From positions 96,001 to 160,000 of the forward strand of contig CAWJSK010000019.1 of assembly GCA_963845535.1 (NCBI GenBank): 64,000 nucleotides of DNA, given 5' to 3'. The stretch comes from an uncultured Spirochaetota bacterium (GTDB lineage Bacteria > Spirochaetota > Spirochaetia > SZUA-6 > Fen-1364). Positions 57,489 through 64,000 of this stretch are shown here, in pieces (within the stretch, counting starts at the first letter, position 1; every line of letters starts with the position of its first letter). A program made the translations under genes and the position numbers. The notes beneath the pieces were generated by a model that ran no database searches, had not been told where the DNA came from, and was given only the letters and a program-made list of their open reading frames with translations.

Positions 57489-58033
57489 TTGACTCAGGAA
57501 GATCACATCGAGCTGCTCAGGGACGGGGTAAAGACGGGCGGCGGTTTCTGGGCGGACCTGGGATCAGGCACGGGCGCTTTCACGATGGCGCTGGCAACGC
57601 TGCTTGGCGGGGAAGGGAGGATACTGTCCGTGGACAGGGACGCCGGGGCGCTCGCCGAGCAGGAGCGCGCCATGCGCGCCCGGTTTCCCCGTCTTGAGCT
57701 GCGGACGGCTGTGCGCGATTTCACGACGCTCTCCGGCATCTCAGGCCTGGACGGGATCATCATGGCCAACTCCCTCCATTTCCAGAGCAGCGCTGAAGAG
57801 GTTCTGAGACGCGCCTGGGAATGGCTCACGCCGGGGGAAACCTCGTGATCGTCGAATACGAGGTCGAGCTGCCCAGCCCGTGGGTCCCATTTCCGGTGCC
57901 TTACCGGCGCCTTGCCGAGATGACGGATGCTGCCGGCCTTGGCCCGGCGCGCCTCCTGGCAAAAAGGCCCAGCCGCTACCACGGGCAGGTCTATTCCGCG
58001 CTCATGCAGAAGCCTGGGGCGGATTCAGCGTGA
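57489..58033 (+). pseudogene. class I SAM methyltransferase with a -1 frameshift in a G5 run (possibly a sequencing error)
   Basis: WADLGSGTG...MANSLHF...WLTPG continues as GNLVIVEYE...WVPFP in another frame. One more G at 57833-57837 restores the ORF. Confidence 0.8.
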
Positions 58034-58086
58034 CGGCTCGGCGGCGGAGCCGGGAAGCTGCGACCCGCCGGTCACCGACCCGCCAG

Positions 58087-59241
58087 TCAGTCGACGCGTT
58101 GGTCGAGGGGGATCCAGGGACGCGGCGCGGGCCCCCGGTAGAGGCTTTCGGGACGGTAGATGCGGTTGTCCTTGCGCTGCTCGAGCACGTGGGCGAGCCA
58201 CCCCGCCACGCGGGACATCGCAAAAATGGGAGTGAAAAGGATCCTCGGGAGCCCGAGCATCGTATACACCGCGCCGGAGAAGAAGTCCACGTTCGGATAG
58301 ATCGGCTTCCCTTTCTCTTCCATGCGCTCGCGGAACTGCTTCTCGATCTCCTTGAGGATGTCGTAGTAGCGCGAGTCGGCTTTCTTTTCCGCGAGCTCCT
58401 TCAGGAACTCCTCCATCACGAAAGATCGGGGGTCCTTCACCTTGTATTCCCGATGTCCCATTCCCATGACTTTGCGCTTTTCCGCAAGCGCCCTGTCCAG
58501 CCACGGGCCCACGCGGTCTTTCGAGCCGATCTCCTCCACCATCTCCATGACGCGCTCGTTTGCCCCTCCATGGAGAGACCCGTACAGGGCGCCCATGGCC
58601 GCGGAGATGCTGCAGTAGCAGGTGGAAAGCGTGGAGGCCACCACACGGGCGGTGAACGTGGAGGCGTTGAACTCATGCTCGGCGTGCAGGAGGAGGCACG
58701 TGTCCATGATCCGGCCTTCGTAATCTTCCGGTTCCCTGCCCCGCACCATGTAGAGGAAGTTCGCGCCATGGGAGCGGTCCGCCAGGGGAGGGACGTAGTG
58801 CTGGTTCTCCCGGTACCTCTGGTACGCCGCCACGACGCTCGCGGTCTGAACCACCTGGTGGAGCGTGTCACGGCAGTCGCACGTGGCGGAATGCTGGATG
58901 CGGTGCTCGATGTAGCTCGACATGTAGGCCATGACGGACTGGAGAAGCTGCATGGGGTGGGCGCTCACGGGGAAAGCGCGGATCATCTCACGGATCTGCG
59001 TGGGAATGTCCCTGCTTGCCCGCATCCGCGTGCGCCACGCCGCAAGCTCCGGCTTGGCAGGGAGCCGCTCGTACAGGAGGAGGTAGACGACCTCTTCGTA
59101 GTCGGAGTGGGCCGCAAGGTCCTCGATGGAGTACCCACGATAATAGAGCTTGCCCTTCTGGCCGTCGATGCGGGAAATGGCCGTCTCATCCGCAATGATT
59201 CCTTCGAGACCTCGTGAATACGTTCCGGTGTCAACGCTCAT
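58087..59241 (-). CDS. gltA: citrate synthase (short type I / methylcitrate-synthase-like)
   Basis: GLEG, HAEHEFNASTF, LHGGAN, GMGHREY and YPNVDF motifs. Confidence 0.92.
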   Translation of the reverse strand: MSVDTGTYSRGLEGIIADETAISRIDGQKGKLYYRGYSIEDLAAHSDYEEVVYLLLYERLPAKPELAAWRTRMRASRDIPTQIREMIRAFPVSAHPMQLLQSVMAYMSSYIEHRIQHSATCDCRDTLHQVVQTASVVAAYQRYRENQHYVPPLADRSHGANFLYMVRGREPEDYEGRIMDTCLLLHAEHEFNASTFTARVVASTLSTCYCSISAAMGALYGSLHGGANERVMEMVEEIGSKDRVGPWLDRALAEKRKVMGMGHREYKVKDPRSFVMEEFLKELAEKKADSRYYDILKEIEKQFRERMEEKGKPIYPNVDFFSGAVYTMLGLPRILFTPIFAMSRVAGWLAHVLEQRKDNRIYRPESLYRGPAPRPWIPLDQRVD

Positions 59242-59301
59242 GCTGCGTCCCTTTCATTCCACTTCAATGGTCACTCCTCCGCGGGGCCATGGCCTGACCC
59301 C

Positions 59302-60471
59302 TTACACGTCAATGAGAAGCCGCCAGGGGTCCTCCACCAGCTCCTTGACCCGGCGCAGGAAGCTTACCGCTTCCTTCCCGTCGATCAGCCGGTGATCATA
59401 GGTGAGCGCCACGTACATCATGGGACGGACGACAACGCTCTCCCCTGCATTTTCCTCGACCACGGGGCGCTTCTGGATGGCGTGCATGCCCAGGATGGCC
59501 GACTGCGGATAGTTCAAAAGCGGAGTGGAAAGCAGGGAACCGAACACTCCGCCGTTGGTGATGGAGAACGAGCCGCCCGCAAGCTCGTCCGGAAGCACTT
59601 TTCGGTCTCGGGCCCGCGAGGCGAGGTCTGCGATGGCTGCCTCCAGGTGCGCAATGCTCAGACGGTCCGCGCCGCGGATCACGGGGACGACGAGCCCGCG
59701 GTCCGTGGAGACCGCCACGCCGATGTCATACGTGCTGAAGTACACGATGTCTTCCCCGTCGATGCGCGCGTTGACCATGGGGAACTCGCTGAGCGCCCGG
59801 CAGGAAGCCTTGACGAAGAACGAGGTGAAACCGAGCTTGACGCCGTGGATCCGCTCGAACTCTTCGCGATAGCGGGCGCGAAGGTCCATGATGTTCTTCA
59901 TGTTCACTTCGTTGAACGTCGAAAGTGACGCGGTGGAGTGCTGCGCTTCCAGGAGCTTCTGAGCGGTCCGCTTCCGAAGTGATGTCATTGGGGTCCGCGT
60001 CGGGGGTTGTCCGTCCCCGGCGATGATGGGTCGCGGGAGCGGGCGGGCCGCCGGCGCGGCGGCGGCCGCCGGAGGCGTGGCGGGAGGGGCCGCGGATGCA
60101 ACCGCCGCGGGCGGGGCAAGGACCGTTGCCGCCTGAGGCGCTGCGGGCTGCGGCGCTGCCTGCTCCCGCACGGGCGCGGCGGCGGCGGCAGCAGGCTGCC
60201 GCGCTGCCGCAGGCTGCTGTGCCGCCGCAGGTTTCCCCTCCGAGTCGATGAAGCCGACCACCTGCCCGATGCTGACCTCGGTTCCCGGTTTCACCGTGAT
60301 GGAGACCACCCCTGTTGCGGGGGCAGGCACCGTCACGTTGGCCTTGTCCGTTTCCAGCTCCAGGAGGTCACCGCCTTCCTCCACAAAGTCGCCCTCCGCT
60401 TTCAGCCAGGAGGATATGATTCCCTGTGTCACGGACTCCCCGACGCTCGGTATTTTGATTTCAAGCTTCAC
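59302..60471 (-). CDS. sucB: 2-oxoglutarate dehydrogenase E2
   Basis: ETDKA lipoyl site; [15 protein letters not shown]. Confidence 0.95.
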   Translation of the reverse strand: MKLEIKIPSVGESVTQGIISSWLKAEGDFVEEGGDLLELETDKANVTVPAPATGVVSITVKPGTEVSIGQVVGFIDSEGKPAAAQQPAAARQPAAAAAAPVREQAAPQPAAPQAATVLAPPAAVASAAPPATPPAAAAAPAARPLPRPIIAGDGQPPTRTPMTSLRKRTAQKLLEAQHSTASLSTFNEVNMKNIMDLRARYREEFERIHGVKLGFTSFFVKASCRALSEFPMVNARIDGEDIVYFSTYDIGVAVSTDRGLVVPVIRGADRLSIAHLEAAIADLASRARDRKVLPDELAGGSFSITNGGVFGSLLSTPLLNYPQSAILGMHAIQKRPVVEENAGESVVVRPMMYVALTYDHRLIDGKEAVSFLRRVKELVEDPWRLLIDV

Positions 60472-60495
60472 TTCTTCACCCCCGACTGCCCCCGG

Positions 60496-63390
60496 TCATT
60501 TCGCAAGGTTTCGCTCTTTTCCGGACGGCCGTCTGCCGCCGTTCTCCTTGGCAGGGGCTTTGTCGCCGCCGTTGCGCGAGCGCGCCGCCGGCTGTAGCGT
60601 CTGCGCGGCGGCCCTTGACGCCAGCCCTTTGCTCCCGAGCGCTTCCTGCAGTATCTCCTCCTGCTCCCGCGTGTGGACCTGGTGTGACCCCGTGGCGGGG
60701 CTCGCCGCCTCATCCCTTCCCACGTAAGCCAGGGACGCGCCGGGCAGCTCCTGGGAGAACCTTTCCTTCATGAACATCCATGCGCCCCGGTTGCGGGGTT
60801 CCTCCTGGACCCAGATCCGCTCACGCGCGGAGCGGTAACTCTCCAGGACTTCCGCGAGATGGCGCGCCGGGAATGGATAGAGCTGTTCCACCCGCACGAT
60901 GGCCGCCGAGGAGTCCCCGCTGTCTTCCCGCGCCTTGAGCAGGTCATAAAAGATTTTTCCGCTGCACAGGAGGAGCCGCCGCGGCTTCGCCGGACGCGAG
61001 GGGTCGTCCAGCACTTCCCGAAACTCCCCCCGCGAGAGGTCGGAAAGAGGAGAAAGCGCCCTCGGATGACGCAGCAGACTCTTGGGGGTCATGACGATCA
61101 GCGGCTTTCGGAAGCTGCGTTTGATCTGGCGGCGCAGAAGGTGGAAGTACTGGGCCGGAGTGGTGCAGTTGCAGACCTGGATGTTGTTCCGCGCGCACAG
61201 CATGAGAAAACGCTCCAGGTGCGCGCTGGAGTGCTCGGGCCCCTGGCCTTCGAAGCCGTGGGGGAGAAGGAGGACGATTCCGCTGATGGTGCCCCATTTG
61301 GCTTCCCCCGCGGCAACGTAGTTGTCGATGATGACCTGGCCGCCGTTGGAGAAATCCCCGTACTGCGCCTCCCACATCACGAGGGACCGGGGCTGGCCCA
61401 GCGCGTGGCCGTATTCGAACCCGAGGATCGAATACTCGGAAAGGGGGCTGTCGTAGACCGAGAACCGCCCCTGATCCGGGGAGAGGTTCGCAAGCGGGGT
61501 GTAGGGCTGCGGCACCAGGGTCTCCGTATCCCACCACACGAGGTGGCGCTGGGAGAACGTTCCCCGTGCGCTGTCCTGGCCGCTCAACCGGACAGGAATG
61601 CCTTCCCGGAGCAAGGACCCGAACGCAAGGGACTCCGCGAACGCCCAGTCCACCGTCCCGTCCCTGGTGAGACGAGCGGCTTTTTCATCGATGATCCTTT
61701 TCAGCTTTTGGTGGACGTGAAAGCCGGGCGGAACGGCTGTGAGCTTTTCCGCCATGGATCTCAGGACCTCCTCCGTCGGAGCGGCAACGTGTTCCCCCCA
61801 CTCCCAGGCGTTGGGCTCGCGGGTAAGCACGGGCCCCTCCACCTCCACGGTGCGCGCTTCCTGGAGCGCCTTTTTCAAGGAATCACGAAACTCCGTCCTT
61901 CGCCGTTCCGTCTCTTCCTTTGTCACGATGCCCTGGGCAATCAGGCGCTCCGCGTAGAGGACCGGCTGGCTCTTCTTCCGCTCGATGATCTTGTACATCA
62001 GGGGATGGGTGAACGACGGGTCATCCCCTTCGTTATGGCCGTATTTGCGGTAGCAGAAGATGTCCACCACGACGTCGCGGCCGAAGGTCTGGCGGAACCG
62101 CACGGCAAGGTCGATGGTGTACGCCACCGCCTCCGGATCGTCCCCGTTCACGTGGAACACGGGAACGGAAAGCATCTTCGCGACGTCAGTGGGGAAGAAC
62201 GTGGACCGCGCGTCCCGAGCGGAGGTGGTGAAGCCGATCTGGTTGTTGATGATGACGTGGATGGTGCCGCCCGTCTTGTAGCCGCGCAGCGTGGACAGGT
62301 TGAACGTTTCCTCCACGATCCCCTGGCCCGAAAAGGCCGCGTCTCCGTGGAGAATGAGCGGGACGATCTGCTTGCGCTCCACGTCCCCCCGCTCCCTCTG
62401 CACCGCCCGGGCCATCCCTTCTACAACGGGACCAACCGACTCGAGGTGGCTCGGGTTGGCCACCAGGTTCACGCGCACGGAGCGGCCGTCCGGATGCGAA
62501 TGCTCCGTCTGGAACCCGAGATGGTAGCGAACGTCCCCGCTGGAGCTGAAGTCACCGGGGTCCTCGATTCCCTCGAACTCGCGGAAAAGCTCCACCGGGG
62601 GCTTGTTGAGGATCCGGTTCAGCACCGTGAGCCTCCCCCGGTGAGTCATTCCCATGATGATCTCACGGATCCCGTTGTCAGGGGCGCCGTCAACGAGGTG
62701 GTGGAGCGCCGGGATGACGGATTCCGCGCCTTCCAGGGAGAATCGCTTCTGCCCTATGAAAGCCGTGTGCATGAAATGCTCGAACTCCTCCGCGGTGAGC
62801 AGGTCATCCAGGATGGCCTTCTTCTTCTCCCGGTCGAAAGACGGCTTGTTGCGGGAGGACTCCATTTCCTGGATGAGCCAGCGGCGGATGGGCTTATTCT
62901 GGATATGGAGGAACTCGACTGCCACGGTGGAGCAGTACGTCTCCCGAAGCGCTCGAATGATGTCCGCAAGCTTCATCTTGGAGCGGGAAAAGACGCTTCC
63001 CGCCCAGAACTCGCTCTCCAGGTCGCTTTCCGACAGGCCGAACTCCGTCAGAGTGAGCTGCTCATAGGTATGGGCGGGCTCCGCGTAGTAGTTCTTCTGC
63101 TCGCCTTCCGCGGGAGCAAGGGGATTCAAGTGCGCATACAGATAGCCGACGTCACGGTACCCCCAGAGGAGGCTGTCCACCCTGCTTTGCTTGAACGCCA
63201 TGTCGGTGGGGAGGGCGCCTTCGCTTGCAACCGCGCCTCCCCGCCTTTTCAGCGCTATGTGACTGTTCTCCTGGTCCTGGAAGAACTCGTTCCACTGTGG
63301 CTCGACGGAGCTCGGGTCCGAGAGCCATCGCTCGTGAAGTTCCTCGATCCAGGGGACATCTACGGAAGAAAGAATGGAGGAGTCAGTCAT
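60496..63390 (-). CDS. sucA: 2-oxoglutarate dehydrogenase E1
   Basis: KRFSLEG, NPSHLE, HGDAAFSGQG and GPEHSSA motifs. Confidence 0.97.
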   Translation of the reverse strand: MTDSSILSSVDVPWIEELHERWLSDPSSVEPQWNEFFQDQENSHIALKRRGGAVASEGALPTDMAFKQSRVDSLLWGYRDVGYLYAHLNPLAPAEGEQKNYYAEPAHTYEQLTLTEFGLSESDLESEFWAGSVFSRSKMKLADIIRALRETYCSTVAVEFLHIQNKPIRRWLIQEMESSRNKPSFDREKKKAILDDLLTAEEFEHFMHTAFIGQKRFSLEGAESVIPALHHLVDGAPDNGIREIIMGMTHRGRLTVLNRILNKPPVELFREFEGIEDPGDFSSSGDVRYHLGFQTEHSHPDGRSVRVNLVANPSHLESVGPVVEGMARAVQRERGDVERKQIVPLILHGDAAFSGQGIVEETFNLSTLRGYKTGGTIHVIINNQIGFTTSARDARSTFFPTDVAKMLSVPVFHVNGDDPEAVAYTIDLAVRFRQTFGRDVVVDIFCYRKYGHNEGDDPSFTHPLMYKIIERKKSQPVLYAERLIAQGIVTKEETERRRTEFRDSLKKALQEARTVEVEGPVLTREPNAWEWGEHVAAPTEEVLRSMAEKLTAVPPGFHVHQKLKRIIDEKAARLTRDGTVDWAFAESLAFGSLLREGIPVRLSGQDSARGTFSQRHLVWWDTETLVPQPYTPLANLSPDQGRFSVYDSPLSEYSILGFEYGHALGQPRSLVMWEAQYGDFSNGGQVIIDNYVAAGEAKWGTISGIVLLLPHGFEGQGPEHSSAHLERFLMLCARNNIQVCNCTTPAQYFHLLRRQIKRSFRKPLIVMTPKSLLRHPRALSPLSDLSRGEFREVLDDPSRPAKPRRLLLCSGKIFYDLLKAREDSGDSSAAIVRVEQLYPFPARHLAEVLESYRSARERIWVQEEPRNRGAWMFMKERFSQELPGASLAYVGRDEAASPATGSHQVHTREQEEILQEALGSKGLASRAAAQTLQPAARSRNGGDKAPAKENGGRRPSGKERNLAK

Positions 63391-63409
63391 ATCTCACACC
63401 TCGTGGGCA

Positions 63410-64000
63410 TCAGGAGCGCCCGTGCCTCCCCGTGGCCTGAACCGGCAATCGGGAGGAGAGGAGGCCAGGGACCTCGTCGGGGCGGTCCGCCACGGGGACC
63501 CCCGCGTCTCGGAGGGCGGCAACCTTTGCCTCCGCCCCGCCCTTTCCGCCCGAAATGATGGCCCCTGCATGTCCCATCCTCTTTTCCGGCGGCGCGGTGC
63601 GGCCGGAAATGAAGGAAACGACGGGTTTTTTCATGGATGTTGAAATATACTCAGCCGCCCGTTCCTCGTCATTCCCGCCGATTTCACCGATCAGGGCAAC
63701 GCCTGTGGTCTGCGGGTCCGCCTCGAAGAGGGCGAGGAGATCCACGAAGTTCGTGCCAATGACGGGGTCCCCGCCGACGCCAATGCACGTGGACTGGCCC
63801 AGGCCCCCGCGCGTCAGGGCCCATACCACCTCGTAGGTCAGCGTCCCGCTTCGTGAGATCACGCCGATGCCGCCCGGCGTGTGGATGCGGCCGGGCATGA
63901 TGCCCACCTTGGCGGCGCCCGGGGAGATGAGCCCCGGGCAGTTAGGGCCAATGAGCCGGCACCCGCGCTCCTGGAGGTACTGCGTGTCGCGGATCATGTC
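63410..64000 (-). CDS. sucD: succinyl-CoA synthetase alpha subunit (5' part outside the window)
   Basis: [16 protein letters not shown] and RMGHAGA motifs. Confidence 0.97.
   Translation of the reverse strand, partial: DMIRDTQYLQERGCRLIGPNCPGLISPGAAKVGIMPGRIHTPGGIGVISRSGTLTYEVVWALTRGGLGQSTCIGVGGDPVIGTNFVDLLALFEADPQTTGVALIGEIGGNDEERAAEYISTSMKKPVVSFISGRTAPPEKRMGHAGAIISGGKGGAEAKVAALRDAGVPVADRPDEVPGLLSSRLPVQATGRHGRS

Noticed and set aside
57831..57841. Programmed -1 frameshift at GGGAAAC
   Set aside because: The heptamer is not in the X XXY YYZ phase of the upstream reading frame.
59257..59295. Mini-ORF MAPRRSDH* between sucB and citrate synthase as a possible lpdA scar
   Set aside because: It is eight codons long with no similarity to support it.
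60040..60235. Ala/Pro repeats in sucB (and in rodZ at 39520-39700)
   Set aside because: These are ordinary flexible linkers for these families.
17979..63558. Many long antisense ORFs (for example 17979-20222, 35197-37524, 60859-63558)
   Set aside because: They are shadows of well-supported genes on the opposite strand, expected in high-GC DNA, and show no motifs.
1..64000. CRISPR array, transposase, prophage or defence genes
   Set aside because: No repeat-spacer periodicity or diagnostic motifs were seen; all tandem repeats lack spacers.

Overview
GC-rich chromosomal window, mostly core genome. It probably comes from a free-living spirochaete (Spirochaetia). This is inferred from gene content and order, such as an archaeal-type PyrH, lolA-rodZ-rimO, a DUF1080-TPR-zinc-finger protein and a degenerate class-III aminotransferase, and is not proven. 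From left to right it holds: (1) a decaying 1-7.4 kb accessory patch with three TetR genes, readable operators and four or five deletion-scarred pseudogenes, ending at tRNA-Leu(TAG) and tRNA-Gly(GCC); (2) an MCP and tig-clpP-clpX-lon; (3) a YesM/YesN-type two-component system, a tandem two-domain sugar-binding lipoprotein, an unknown secreted protein and a YtfQRT-YjfF-like sugar ABC transporter; (4) acnA, a DUF151-UVR nuclease, pyrH, a serA-like gene, a UVR protein, a cupin, a TPR protein, lolA-rodZ-rimO-pcrA-folE2, a NagB/PIG-L fusion, tetR-fabF, a ferredoxin and rplM-rpsI-recX; (5) response regulators, glmS with a GlmU-like gene, a BON protein and a sucD-sucA-sucB-citrate synthase cluster. 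I found no integrase, transposase, CRISPR array, prophage or recognisable defence system. The best candidate for an undescribed system is the sugar-sensing locus at about 17.4-28.7 kb. Two or three single-base frameshifts in short G/C runs may be sequencing errors. All family assignments come from motif recognition by eye; no database searches were run.
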